Part shown: positions 24,829 to 38,150 of the stretch, piece by piece
Position numbering within the stretch: position 1 is the first letter of the stretch
Layout: each line of letters opens with the position of its first letter
Source: Harriotta raleighana
Lineage: Eukaryota
Direction: 5' to 3'
Assembly (NCBI GenBank): GCA_050575255.1
Contig: JBNZDD010013638.1
Location: 1,135,726 to 1,199,725 of the forward strand
DNA length: 64,000 nt
Made by a program: the position numbers and the translations under genes
Notes under the pieces: model-generated
The model's input: the letters and a program-made list of their open reading frames with translations, nothing else
What the model was told of the DNA's origin: nothing
The model's database searches: none

Positions 24829-26349
24829 TTGTTTTTAAAAAGCTTTTAATCATTACCTCTACTGTGTACTTTAAAAAAAAATCAAGATTAAATCTCGCAG
24901 TCCACCCAAAATATTTGTAGCGCAAAACATATAACCGTGTTTGAGGATTATATGTGAGAAAAATCACTGCTTTTCATGGCCAATAAAGCCAGTAATGTTT
25001 TTCTCAATGTACATCATGATCCATTAGAACTCATTTGTCATGTGAAGAAGCTTGAAGCAAACATTCATGATTAAACTGGCACATGGTGGTCTACTTTGCT
25101 GAAAAATCAGTTGGTGTGACATCTGCTGTTCAGTATAATCTGACCAAATTGGTGGTATGGTAAACCAGCCGCACTTGTGGATTTGATTGTACAGTGGGCC
25201 TGATTGGTGGTGGGAGGTGAAGGGGGGGGCGGAGGAGGAGAGGGGGTTACTGGTAGAATTTTGTAGAGGGATGGACACTACATTGCCCTCCCTCTGCAAG
25301 ATCATTTTATATCCACACTTTACACTTTCCCTCCATCGTGTCGTCCAGTTGTTTCATTCTGCTTTCCATTCCCTGCTGCAATCAATTGTTTTTTTTTAAA
25401 AAAAAATGCCCGTGAGAGTATGCTATGTAATTGGGCAGGACTGCTAATTATCTTTGTATATTGCAATGCTCAGCCATCATTATACCTACCACTGACTCGG
25501 TCTGAATGGTGCACTGCTTCTACCATGTAACCAACTGAGTTTCCAAAATTAGTAGATTGATGGCAGTATTATCCCTAACTGTTTAAATCTTTTGAAGCTC
25601 GAGACCGATCTTCACCTCTAAAATAAGTTTTTTTTTCCATGTACTGCACTTAAAATTTATGGCTTCATCTTTTTATTTTGTAATGATAATTTGCATTTTG
25701 CCACAACGTTTGTCTACTGGGTAGTTCTGTATTCACACTATTTAATTCCACTTTCCTTATTATATTACATCATATTATATTACATTATTATAAACCTGTG
25801 TGTTGATTCAGGACAAAGAAGACATTGACACGTGATCTGTATTCAGGCCTCTTGACAGTGTGAAATTTACCATTCATTCAATTGAAAGTGAAGTTGTGTA
25901 TACATAAATCTTGCTTTCTCAGTGTATTTTGCCAATTTTGTACATTTAATGTTAATGTTGTTAATACTGGGGATGATATGAATTCATATGGTGTCAGGCT
26001 ATGGTGGACTGAGGATGTATGCAAGATCTTGAAAGATAGATTGGTGGGTTGTGCACCTGGGTTGACCACTGGTGAATGCAGTTTGAATCTTGAAAAATGC
26101 AGAGTACTGTGTAGAGGAAGTAAAACAAATGACGTTTGTACTCCATGGATGAATAGAACTTGCTCAGGGCGAGTTGAAGTAGACCCTGATGTGAGATGGC
26201 AGTAAAATGGAGAAATCAAATGATTACCAAGATTCCCCAGAAGTCATACTTAAGCTATACATTGCTCCAGTGAGATTGTACCTGCAGTGCTTTGTACAGT
26301 TCTGATGGTTGAAATGTTAAGGGATTGTTCAGGCCTTCGTGGTAGAAAG

Positions 26350-26780
26350 ACACTTAACAACATGTATGTATATAGTGCCCCTCACTCAGGGTAGCTACTC
26401 AGAGCACTTGAGAGTAGTGGGGCACGACACAAGCTGGGAGCAGGTGATCAAAGGCACAGTCAATGGAAATGGTCTTCAGGCATGTTCTTAAGGAAAGAAA
26501 GGAAGGCACAAGGTGGAGGGAAAAGTAATCCAGAGTTTGGGGACAAAGTGGCTGAAAGCATGGCCACCGATTGTGGAAATGAGGGACATGCAGAACGCCA
26601 AAGCCAGTTGAGTGGAGGCAGCTGGTAGTGGGTTGGGGAGTAAGCAGGTCGGAGGGGTGGGGAGAGGGAGTTTGGGATCAGCTGGATTTTGTGGATTTGG
26701 GGCTGTGGAGGTTGGCGAGTAATACATTTGAATAGATAAACACCACTGTCGACAATAAAGAAGAACATTGAAGCTGATCC
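26350..26780 (-). mobile_element. L2 LINE 3' fragment
   Basis: aacaacatgtatgtatatagtgccc tail plus the L2 3' motif gtggctgaaagca... Confidence 0.6.
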
Positions 26781-27099
26781 TCAGGGCTAGTGGATTGATC
26801 AGGCAGGAATGGCTAGTTAAGCTGAGGCAAAAGTCTTGGAGACGTCACTGGGGGGAGAATCTTACAACAAGTGTACCAGGTGCTCAACTGAACAAGCAAA
26901 GTAAACAGGCATGGCATTTTCAGGTACATCGAGGCCAACGAGATAAAGCGTTCTAAAGTGCAGTGTTTGGGTTGAAACCTGTGTTTGTTGATATCAAATG
27001 ACCAACTAATGGCTATCCTCAGGTGGGTGTTCTGTGGAGCTGTTGGGTGATGTGCTTGGCAATGGACCATCTGAATTAAGTCACTCTGTGATAGCCTTC

Positions 27100-27518
27100 C
27101 ACCCGCTTGAGCCAGGCGAGTTTGTGGCACTCCAGGGCCCCGCGGATGGCAGACTCGACAACTTGGTCTGTCGGCAGGAAGGGAGCAGAACGAAGCTTTG
27201 CAAATAGTGTTTTCAATGGCATGCTTTATGGGTTATCTGGTAAAACACCAGCAGTATCTCCTCCCCCCCCCCCCCTTACCCAAATGCACACTCTGGGGTC
27301 TCCAAGCTTTGCCTCTTGCCAACCTCCAATCTAATACCCTGGAATTAGGAAGGCAGGATACAACCCATTAGGTGGAGAGTGCAAACAGTATTTCATCCCG
27401 AACACCATGGAAATGACCGTGTATAGGTTCACACATGGAACTCTCAAGCCTGGTTTGGATATTCTTAAGCATGGTGATAGTTTTCCGCATGTCGTAGACA
27501 CCTGTCTGACCAAAAACA
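27100..27518 (+). mobile_element. Family X repeat, copy 3 (opposite orientation)
   Basis: ...ggtttggatattcttaagcatggtgatagttttccgcatgtcgtagacacctgtctgaccaaaaa. Confidence 0.6.
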
Positions 27519-27559
27519 ATCATCTAAACCTCTTTTAATTGAATACTGTATTGGCAGGT

Positions 27560-27865
27560 CGTCAGGTATAGCAGCAAATAACAGCTGCTCTATCCCTCAG
27601 CCGCTGAATAGCACCCTCTACTGCACCAAAGTAATACTTTCTTGTCTCACACTTGTCAACCTTGTGGTGCACTGAGTTGAGATTGTTAATTTTGTGCCAA
27701 TTTAGGAGAGTTTTATGCTTTGGGCCCATGTCCACTAGGATGTGGGTTGAGACCGCTGAATTTCAGATAGAACATTTACAGCCAGCAGAGAGAAAGCTTT
27801 CATCCTAACCTGGCTGCCTTTGAATTCGGAGGTAAATGGATTGTATACTAACCCAACGTACCACA
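27560..27865 (-). mobile_element. LF-SINE-like ancient SINE remnant
   Basis: Reverse complement contains ggtctcaacccacatcctagtggaca...aattggcac...gtagagggtgct, resembling the LF-SINE body as I recall it (not database-checked). Confidence 0.4.
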
Positions 27866-28329
27866 AACAAGCGTGAAAGATAAAATGCTGCAAAGGTTCA
27901 TGCATTGCTTGTCAGAGAATGTGTTTTCTTGAATTTAACTCGGCCTTTTACTAAACTGCCTTGACTGAGGTGGCAACATTAACAAATCCATAGCAATATA
28001 TTTATAGTTTCCTTGTAAATTTACCTAAAGTGAATGTTACCTTGGATTACAAACCTCCCATCCTTGTGCCCCCACACCTCAAAAAATGAAAACTAATGAT
28101 AATTGGAAATAGGTTGTGAATACCAAACAACTCTTCAAAGGGTGGTAATGAACCCAAATTTCATTTCAGATGCAAGAATAGATTGTGTCCCCACAGGTAA
28201 TCTACTGTTTACAATTGGAAAATGTTACTGTTTACCAATAATTTGAAAACATTCACTCTTTAATGTGCTGGTTGAAGTAATGCAATCTGTTACACTTCCC
28301 GCCCCCCCCACCCTCTACATACACACTCA

Positions 28330-29062
28330 GCTATTTGTGCCAGTATCGAGCCCATTTTAGTGACATCATCTGCAGACCTGGGGTCAACTTCTACATGTAT
28401 GCGGATGACACCCAACTCTTATCTCTCTGCTTCTAACCTTGATCTCAGTAGCACTGAATGTCTGTCAGGCATTAAGTGCTAAAGGAGAACTAACTTCCTG
28501 CAGCTGAACGATCGAGACCCACCTGATTGGCTAGCGCCAGCACCTCCGCACCTCAGGCATTGGCAGCATCCACCTCCATGGATGCACATTCCACCTCACC
28601 AAGCCAGTCAGGAACATGGGCATCTTGTTTGACCCTCAACTGTCTTTTCTTCCCGATATCCATGCCATGGCCCTCTCTGCTTTCCTCATCTCCGCAATAT
28701 AGCCTGACTGCCGCTGCCTCACCCCTCAGACAGCTGAAACACTCAAAACATGACGTAAGGCTCTAGGCTCGACTAAGCCAACACCTTGCTTGTGGGCCAA
28801 CCAAACTCTTCCCTCCAGAAGCCGTGGATCATCCAGAACTCTGCAGCTCGTGTCCTCTCCCATACTTGGCTCTGTGACCCTATCACGCTCATCGTACCCA
28901 ACTCCACTGGCTTCCCAGTGGCCTGCCCCATATACTCCCACCCTCTCTGCCCTCCAACCCCTCCTCCGCACCCCTCCCCTCCTGCTTTGGGTCCTAATCC
29001 CTGACTGTTCAGCGCTTGGGACGTCTGACGTGAAAGGCGCTTTAGAAATGTAATATTGTATT
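28330..29062 (+). mobile_element. L2 LINE fragment with degenerate RT
   Basis: ttctacatgtatgcggatgacacccaactc encodes FYMYADDTQL (YADD catalytic motif); downstream IQNSAARVL; tail gcgcttgggacgtctgacgtgaaaggcgc...tgtaatattg. Confidence 0.85.
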
Positions 29063-30031
29063 TATTGAGTTTAGAAAGTAACTAATGTCATATCTTGTAT
29101 TTTATTCACAAGATACAGTTAAAATCAGTTCTTGTTCTCATTCCTTGTTCATCACAATGGCTTAGCCATCACAAGTGAGCAAACGCACACACTTTGCTTG
29201 ACTCGCCTTAAAACCCAATTTTGCCAGCATAGATTTAGATAAAGTTTCAAAGTTATTAATGTAATATTTTGGCAGTATCTTATTAAATTGCAATTTTTGT
29301 CCCAACACCTGAAGGGTTGCCTTATGTGTATATTGTTCTTTTTGTGCCCAGTTAATGAATGCTCACCAGTGGAGCGGAGAGAGAGAACTAAATTAATATT
29401 AGGATTAAGAAACAGAACAAACGCAAACAATTATAGTAAACTCCTGATAGATTCTCATTTCAAGGAAAAGGCTGAATCTTTCTATGTCGGGGTGAGTACA
29501 ATAACAACTTGCATTTATATAGCATCCCACATGCGTGGTAGTGTCTCCCGAGTGCTCCAGTGGAGATAGACACTGAGCTGGGGGGAGGTGACCTTAAGCA
29601 TGGTTAAAGAGTCATGATCCAAAAGAGGGGGAAGGCAGATGGATTGAGGGAGAGAGTTCCAAAGCTTCGGGGTGTTGTGGCTGAAAGCATGACCGCCAAT
29701 GGTGGGAGTGGAGGCGACATGGAATGAGCAGGAGGCTATAGCCTGCCGAGTGGAGGATGTGGATGGTGGAGTGGGGAATGATCAGTGGATCCAATCTCCA
29801 CTCAGAGAGATTGGGAATTGACAAGGGATTTGCAGACAGGTGTGAGAATTTTTTAATTAATCTGTTCTGTGAGAGGGAGCCAGTGGAACCTGGCGAGGTG
29901 NGAATGATCAGTGGATCCAATCTCCACTCAGAGAGATTGGGAATTGACAAGGGATTTGCAGACAGGTGTGAGAATTTTTTAATTAATCTGTTCTGTGAGA
30001 GGGAGCCAGTGGAACCTGGCGAGGTGTAATA

Positions 30032-30751
30032 CAGTAAAACCTCGTTTATCCGGCACCCACGGGACCTGGCCAGTGGCGGTTAAACGTTTTTTATGGTTGA
30101 ACAGATTTTTAAAAACAATTTTTTCTGAAATATATTTTTTTCTGAAATATTATAATTATTTTAATACATACCATATTAATGATGGACTAAATAATAACAG
30201 AATATTCTATTAGTACATTGTTATTTATACTTAACTTCGCAATCGCAGCACTGATTCGACGGGAGGTAAAAAAAGCGAGTTTAAAAAGCAACGAGTTTAG
30301 ACCTAACAGCCAGCGCACACACACATAGACACACACACATAGACACACACACAGACGCACACACAGACAGACACAGATCCTCAAAGATATTCAGTCTGAA
30401 TCCATCATATAAATTGTGTCCACTCCCCGCCTTTTCCCCTCTCTCTCTCCCGCTTTCCCCATATCTCATTGCCCCCCCCCTTTCTCTCCATTCCCCTCCC
30501 CCCCCCACTCCTCTATGGCCGCTATCTATAGCAGTATTTATTATATACAGTACTTACCTTCCCAACGACCGGGCACTCATCCATCCGAACGAGGTAAAAT
30601 AAAAACTGCAAGTTTTAAAAGGACAAGTTTAGACCCGACATTCAATGCGTCGCCGGATAACTTCCGGTTAGTCGAACCTGGACTTTTTTTTGAGATGGCG
30701 GTTGAACGGGTTTTCCGATTATTCGAGTCACGGATAAACAAAGTTTTACTG
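30032..30751. mobile_element. Tigger/pogo-type MITE, copy A
   Basis: TIRs CAGTAAAACCTCGTTTATCCG / CGGATAAACAAAGTTTTACTG, with TA on both sides. Confidence 0.9.
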
Positions 30752-30924
30752 TAACAATAATAATCCTTGCATTTGATATACAGTGGTGCCTTATCAGATC
30801 TTTGAGATGTCTCAAAGCGCTTCACCGAATAGTCTGCAAAGTGAATTACTATGTATATATATGGGCGAAATAGGGATATGGAGTTTTGTCTGAGTGAGTA
30901 TACGAGTGAAGAAGTTTTAAGTTA

Positions 30925-31564
30925 CAGTAAAACCCCGTTTATCCGGCACCCACAGGATCTGGCCAGTGGAGGTTAAACGGTTTTCCGGTTGAACATTTAA
31001 AAAAAATGTTTAAAAAATGTTTGAATTAAAAATTATTTTAACACATACCATATTAATAATAGACTAAATAATAACAGATAATAATAGTATTGTATGGGTA
31101 TTTTATTGTAAATGTTGTATACTGTACCATATAAATAATAGAGTAAATACAGTAATAACAGCTATTGTAATAACAGAATATTGAATAGCTACTTTTTTGT
31201 AAATGTTGAACAATACTATACAAATAATAGACCAAATACACTAATAACAGATACTGTAGTAACAGAATATTGCATTAGTACTTTATTATTTATACTTAAC
31301 TTCTGCAATGGCAGCCATGGGAGGAAAATCAAGCGGCAGTAGCGCGACTTTTTTTTAAAAAAAGAGGCAATATCACGACTTTTTTTTTTTAAAAACAGCA
31401 GTAGAGTGTCTTTAGGCTTGACTAGCGGCCAGCTGAGTACCTGCACCGGTACTCGCGTGCGACAATCGATTCATTAAATGCGTCATCACTATTCTGCCGG
31501 ATAACTTCCAGTTTATTGATGAGGTTTCCGATTCATCGAGTCACAGATAAACGGGGTTTTACCG
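30925..31564. mobile_element. Tigger/pogo-type MITE, copy B (same terminal family)
   Basis: TIRs CAGTAAAACCCCGTTTATC / GATAAACGGGGTTTTACCG, TA flanks; the first ~200 nt are homologous to copy A. Confidence 0.88.
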
Positions 31565-31742
31565 TAGTTGGATTTTGTGGACAGTGGTGCTGGGGGATCG
31601 ACAAAGAGGTGGAATGGTCTAGGCAGGAGGTGATGTTAAGTGTACGAGGGTTTTTGGGTTGTATTGAGTGTGACTATAATATATAGGCTTGAGTCCTTAG
31701 TGGCCACAAGGGGGAGCAGTGGCCACGAGGGGGTGCGGTGGC

Positions 31743-32055
31743 CAGTGGTTCCCAACCTTTTTTTGCTGCTACCCAAATTGGCCACCAACAGGTCCTCCCG
31801 ACCCTTAGGAGGCGGCTGAAGCGAAGCTCAGCCAAGACAATATCTCCATCTCTTTTATGGTCTCAGCGCAACTCGTAAGTAATGTATTTCATACAAATTG
31901 GTCGGCGGTGTCGCCTCGGGCACTTTTCAGTATTAAAAAAGCATTTTCAGCATTAAAAAAAAGCAACCCAAATTTTTTTCTGATGACCCTTCGCGACCAT
32001 ACTGAGGCCCCCTGCGACCCTGATTTGGGTCAGGATCTGAGGTTGGGAAACACTA
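31743..32055. mobile_element. hAT-Charlie-like MITE
   Basis: TIRs CAGTGGTTCCCAACC / GGTTGGGAAACACT; a second copy lies at 55181-55497. No clear 8-bp TSD. Confidence 0.8.
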
Positions 32056-32417
32056 ATTTACACCAACAAACCTCAGCACAGCAAGCCCTGGCCCCCACAA
32101 CTGTCGAGAGTAATTGTTAAAACTAGTTTAAGTTAAGTACAGTATAAGTTTGTGTATAGGTATACATATATCTATCAATGTGCTTATTTTTTATTTTCTA
32201 TCACTTCTATTACTTTATTTGGAAACTGTGCACTTCTTGGGAGATGTACCATAGTGTATTGAAGAACAAAAATACTGTACTTCCAGTTTATATGTGAACA
32301 CCGAACATCTTTATCTAATAAACAATTTGCATACAGCAAAATACACTGTTCTGTGTTTTCAACATGACAAAACATGGCAGACAATCGAATCACTCATTTA
32401 CTCTACAAATCAGCATG

Positions 32418-32762
32418 CAGTCCTGTACCTCAGTGGTTAGAACACTCCCCTCACAAATGAGAGAGCTGGGTTCGATTCCCAGCAGGGCGAAATGTTGGAC
32501 AAGTTTCCTTACTCCACACGCCCCTGTTTACCTAGCAGTGGTGATAGTCGATTGATGGATCACTTTTCCAGGGGTAATAATTCCTTCAAAAAAAATTTGG
32601 TCTCTTCAGTCCATGGCTGTTTGGGATACCACTGTGCACATTTGGCTACCGTGGTTCACTCCCAAAATGTACAGTCAAATTCACTTTACAATATATTCTG
32701 TGAAGCGCTTGAGACATCTTGAAGACATGTTAAGGCGTTATATCAAATGCAAGGATTATTAT
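32418..32762 (+). mobile_element. tRNA-derived SINE, longer variant
   Basis: Head with ggttcgattccc B box, an extra central segment cctgtttacctagcagt, and the family tail. Confidence 0.8.
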
Positions 32763-33279
32763 TTCTATAAATGCACAACTTTCACGGATGAGTTTTAAAA
32801 AAGTAGTTTACAAAGTGCTGTAATAATTTCAGCCTACTTGGGGAAAAATAGGGATGATCTATCCAATATTTTACTGAGTGGCGTGCAAATGTAAAGAAGT
32901 AGCTGGGATAATGACAGCATGATGATATAAACCATGTGATGTAGTTTTATTATCGGCAGATCACTACTTCTCCCTTCTCTTGAAACAGAGTTGTGCTACA
33001 CCCTACCACTGCTGACCAACGAAGTCAACAGCAGTCAGGGCTTGGCCTTGAGATTTTCCTGTTCTCTATCGCTTGGTGTTATTGCATTTAGTATCCTTAT
33101 CCAATGGATTGACAAAACGTTTAACAGCTTTATGATTTGGAACCTCAGAACCTACTAATTATTTATCGTACACTAAGGTTCCTAATCCACATTATCTATA
33201 GGAAATATAAACAGCACCAATCTTTTGCTTAAACTTTGAGGTTCACTGATCAGAATTATATGGTACAGTTTTGGTACAG

Positions 33280-33655
33280 AAAACACTTGCATTAGGATTT
33301 GCAGCAAAAGCCAAGAAGACTTAAGCCAAATTGTGAAGTGAATAAGCAAGACAAGAGGAATGGGAACTTGACATCTTGGAAGATACTGGCTGAGAGGCAT
33401 GGAGTCTGACTAAAATGTATAAAATATGAAGTGATACAGATAAGATAAATGCAGACTAATACTTTTAAGTAGAACTAGATGGCATAATTTAGTGAAAAAT
33501 AAATTGGAAAATAATTATCAAAAGTGTTTTTACTGCAGAGTGGATAGATGCTTACATTGATTCATTTATATCGAGCCGAAAACATTGGGGTTCTGCTGGA
33601 TACGATTAGAATCTGATGGGAGGGTTTAGTTCGATGGACTGAATAACTCCTCATC
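33280..33655 (+). mobile_element. Degraded CR1 3' fragment
   Basis: ...tagaactagatggcataattt...tcgatggactgaataactcctc, CR1 3'-end-like. Confidence 0.45.
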
Positions 33656-34382
33656 ACTTTTATTACATATTCAATTGAAGTATCGGTGGATGTTTGCTTA
33701 TTTATTGTTCCTACATTTGTGTAATAATAACAATCTTAGTATTTGATGTATCACCTTATCAAGACGCCTCAAAGAACTTCACAGAAAATACTGTAAACTG
33801 AATTGGCTGTATATATTGTGGGGTGAAGCACGGCAGCCAATTAAGCACGGACAGCAGTGTCCCATAAACAGTCGTGGATTCAGTGACAAAATTCTTGTTT
33901 TTGTATAGCACAGAAGGAGGCCATTTGGCCCTGTTTTGCCCACATCGACTCTTTGAAAAAACTATCCAAATTAATCCCACTAACCCGCACTCTCCCCTCC
34001 TGAATCAGTCCTCCCCCACTACAGCATCCTAGATTCTATAGAATCCCGTCTTTTGAGACGTTTGTTTCTGATGAGGAAAAATATCACCAAACAAGAGGCA
34101 GACACACACACACGCACCTAAGGGTAACCCACACACTTTGTCAAGATTTATCTCCCGCCTTTTTCCTTCCTCTTATGCTCGCCTCTCCACCACACTCTCT
34201 CCCCCCCCCCCCCTCCTCTCTCTTCAGTTGCTTCAGTAGTTTGTTTTGATTTCAAAGCTGGAGATCCATTGGTATACAAACAAATTGGAAAAACTTGAGA
34301 AATGCATGAGAGAATTAGAAGCTATGATATGACGGTGGGGTGGGGGGGCAGGAGGGAGGGAATATTGTTCGAAAATGACTTT

Positions 34383-37277
34383 ACACATAGAAGAAATGAG
34401 TGTGCAATGAATGAGTCCTGGTATTCAGAATGTATTCACTTACCTATTGGATATATGCTCACTCACTGCAAGTTTTCTGGGGCTGACTGATGAATATTGA
34501 TTCCAATGTACTTTAATCCGTGGGCCTGGATATTTCCAAAATTGTAACCATCATGGTGATACTAACAAGTTGCAGAATGTCAGGTTATATGCAGCCATTA
34601 TTACATCAATGTCCTGACCGCCATTCCCCAGCTGAAACCAAGAAATCTGTGGTATGATAACATCTATCCAGATGATCTAATATTGAAGGCAGGTCTAGGT
34701 TTGTTACTGAGGAGTTTACCATGGGGCTGAGGCTATTCTGGCTATAGTCGCATCAAGTGCTGTGTAGGAAAAGACAAAAGACATTTTCTTAAAAATAAAT
34801 ATGTGGCCTTGGTAATTGTTTTCATAGACATAGTTTTCCTAGATTTCAAAAGGTTTCTGCTGATTGTTTGCAGAATGTCGAGGTGAGTTTTATGCTTTAG
34901 AGGACTTGCTTCATTCTATACCAGGGAGGAAAAAAATTGTCTACACTATATCTCAGCCTATGTTTAACTGGCTCTTTGGGTTTGTTCATGTAATTTGTCA
35001 TCAGTTGCTCATATTCTTTCGGGAAACATACCTTTGGCTGTTGTTTCATGCCCATGCTGAGAGATGAGAGAAAATGAGCAGGAAGGCCATGGACTGTTGT
35101 GCTTTTGAGCGAATGGTTAAACTGAGCAGTCCAAAGTTGAAAGTCACCAAAAGATTTAAATATGGAAAGAGGCATTCCCTTTATTAACTATATGTTGTAC
35201 ACTGTATTGATGTGGTTGGGCTTATCTTCGAATCAGCACAACAATTACACTTGTATAGTATTGCGCCTTTCACATCAGGTGGACGCTCCGAGGAGCTGGA
35301 CAGTCATTGTTTCAGACCCAAGCCTGGGTCGGGGATGTGAAGGGAAAGGGGGGATTAGCGGTGAACGATGGGATAGTTGAAGAAGAGAGGCTTGAGGCGG
35401 GACTTGGAAGGAGGCCAGGGAAGGGGTGAGGCGGAGAGACTGCATTTGCAGTTCCAGAGGTTGGGGGCAGAGTGGCTAAAGGCCAATGGTGGGGCAGATA
35501 GATCGGGGGATGTGAAGGGAGCAGGCTGGAGCCTGCTGAGCAGAGGGGGGGGCAGGTTAGTAGGGGATAAGGAGGTCATAGATGTAGGGTGGGGCGAGGA
35601 GTAGATGCCTTTGAATGTGAGGACCAGGAACTTGAATTGGATCCTCTGATTGATGGTGAGCCAATGGGGTCGGGCGAGTATAGGGGAGATGGGGTCACGA
35701 AGCTTGGAGCGGTAGAGGACAAGGGCCGCAGAGTTGTGGATTATCTGAAACCTGTGGAGGGAGGAATTGGGAAGGCCGACAAAGCAGGGTGTTGGTGTAT
35801 TCAAACCGGGATGTAATGAAGGCGTTAATNACACATAGAAGAAATGAGTGTGCAATGAATGAGTCCTGGTATTCAGAATGTATTCACTTACCTATTGGAT
35901 ATATGCTCACTCACTGCAAGTTTTCTGGGGCTGACTGATGAATATTGATTCCAATGTACTTTAATCCGTGGGCCTGGATATTTCCAAAATTGTAACCATC
36001 ATGGTGATACTAACAAGTTGCAGAATGTCAGGTTATATGCAGCCATTATTACATCAATGTCCTGACCGCCATTCCCCAGCTGAAACCAAGAAATCTGTGG
36101 TATGATAACATCTATCCAGATGATCTAATATTGAAGGCAGGTCTAGGTTTGTTACTGAGGAGTTTACCATGGGGCTGAGGCTATTCTGGCTATAGTCGCA
36201 TCAAGTGCTGTGTAGGAAAAGACAAAAGACATTTTCTTAAAAATAAATATGTGGCCTTGGTAATTGTTTTCATAGACATAGTTTTCCTAGATTTCAAAAG
36301 GTTTCTGCTGATTGTTTGCAGAATGTCGAGGTGAGTTTTATGCTTTAGAGGACTTGCTTCATTCTATACCAGGGAGGAAAAAAATTGTCTACACTATATC
36401 TCAGCCTATGTTTAACTGGCTCTTTGGGTTTGTTCATGTAATTTGTCATCAGTTGCTCATATTCTTTCGGGAAACATACCTTTGGCTGTTGTTTCATGCC
36501 CCTGCTGAGAGATGAGAGAAAATGAGCAGGAAGGCCATGGACTGTTGTGCTTTTGAGCGAATGGTTAAACTGAGCAGTCCAAAGTTGAAAGTCACCAAAA
36601 GATTTAAATATGGAAAGAGGCATTCCCTTTATTAACTATATGTTGTACACTGTATTGATGTGGTTGGGCTTATCTTCGAATCAGCACAACAATTACACTT
36701 GTATAGCATTGCGCCTTTCACATCAGGTGGACGCTCCGAGGAGCTGGACAGTCATTGTTTCAGACCCAAGCCTGGGTCGGGGATGTGAAGGGAAAGGGGG
36801 GATTAGCGGTGAACGATGGGATAGTTGAAGAAGAGAGGCTTGAGGCGGGACTTGGAAGGAGGCCAGGGAAGGGGTGAGGCGGAGAGACTGCATTTGCAGT
36901 TCCAGAGGTTGGGGGCAGAGTGGCTAAAGGCCAATGGTGGGGCAGATAGATCGGGGGATGTGAAGGGAGCAGGCTGGAGCCTGCTGAGCAGAGGGGGGGG
37001 CAGGTTAGTAGGGGATAAGGAGGTCATAGATGTAGGGTGGGGCGAGGAGTAGATGCCTTTGAATGTGAGGACCAGGAACTTGAATTGGATCCTCTGATTG
37101 ATGGTGAGCCAATGGGGTCGGGCGAGTATAGGGGAGATGGGGTCACGAAGCTTGGAGCGGTAGAGGACAAGGGCCGCAGAGTTGTGGATTATCTGAAACC
37201 TGTGGAGGGAGGAATTGGGAAGGCCGACAAAGCAGGGTGTTGGTGTATTCAAACCGGGATGTAATGAAGGCGTTAAT
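34383..37277. repeat. Near-perfect 1447-bp direct duplication around a single n (34383-35829 / 35831-37277), probable assembly artefact
   Basis: Copies abut the n at 35830; I found only two differences (35054 A / 36502 C and 35259 T / 36707 C), consistent with two haplotypes. Confidence 0.85.
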
Positions 37278-37296
37278 GATGGTTTCAGCACGGTGT
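36685..37296 (-). mobile_element. L2 LINE 3' fragment (duplicated at 35237-35829)
   Basis: Translation ...LPNSSLHRFQIIHNSAALVL...DPISPILARPHWLTINQRIQFKFLVLTFK is the typical L2 ORF2 C-terminus. Confidence 0.88.
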
Positions 37297-37879
37297 ATAA
37301 TAATAATAATAATAATAATCCTTGCATTTGATATAGCGCTTTTCACATCTTATCGACGTCCCATGTATGGTGGATAAAAGATTAAACTTATCTTGATCTA
37401 TGAATCTCACTGTTTTAAATTTCCCAATGTTAGTATTTTTGACCTTATAATTGCTTTAAAATTTATCATGTATTTTTTGTTTGTCCAAGATTCGTGAAAA
37501 CTATATACAGTACTTTGCCAGCCTTGCTTGTTATATAGAGGCAATACTGCTGGTTCTTCTCACATTTTCTCCTGTGATGTGAATTAATTTTAATGATTAC
37601 CTTGCTTGACAGGCCTCATGTTTAAAATTAAATCTCTTTTTGGTAATGTCAGTCAAAAATGCAACAGTCAATGGTCGAGTTTGAGTTGGACTCAAAGATT
37701 GTTATAATTTATACTGTATGTGTGGGCCTCAGAAAAGAGGGAGTGAGTGTTTAATTAAAAAAAACTTGTGTTTCCATTTCACTCAGTTCCTTACCTCAAT
37801 GCTGTCTCTTACAAGTGCATGTGCTTTCTTCAGGAGATCCTGGTGGTTGCATATTTTATATGCGTTGGGTGGTGGAGTG

Positions 37880-38150
37880 GGGTTGGTTAGTCAGATGCAG
37901 ATGTCTGAAACATGCAATCACCTGTGTCTTAAAAACACCCAAACCAGACTGAGAGTTCCACCTCTGCATCCTGCCTCCACATGATGATTTCCATGTGTCT
38001 AGAATGACGTGCAATTTAACCAGAAGGATGGTTCTCTGATCCCAGTGTAATGGGTGTAGTTTGGTAACATGTGGGGGGAGGCTGGAATGTAACCAGCTAA
38101 ACCACACAGAATTGACATTGTGAGCTCTGGCAGGCAAGTTCCTGCTGCAC
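37880..38150 (-). mobile_element. Family X repeat, copy 4 (more diverged)
   Basis: agtcagatgcagatgtctga...ccaaaccagactgagagttcc...ctggaatgtaaccagctaaa. Confidence 0.5.

Noticed and set aside
25882-26205. 107-aa Cys-rich ORF
   Set aside because: LNLEKCRVLCRG resembles the decayed CR1 RT motif FNxxKCxVLHxG; LINE debris.
29776-30026. Exact 125-bp direct repeat
   Set aside because: Separated only by the n at 29901; assembly artefact.
34383-37277. 1447-bp tandem duplication with duplicated ORFs
   Set aside because: The copies meet exactly at a single n and differ at only two positions that I could find, typical of unmerged contig overlap or haplotypes rather than a real duplication.
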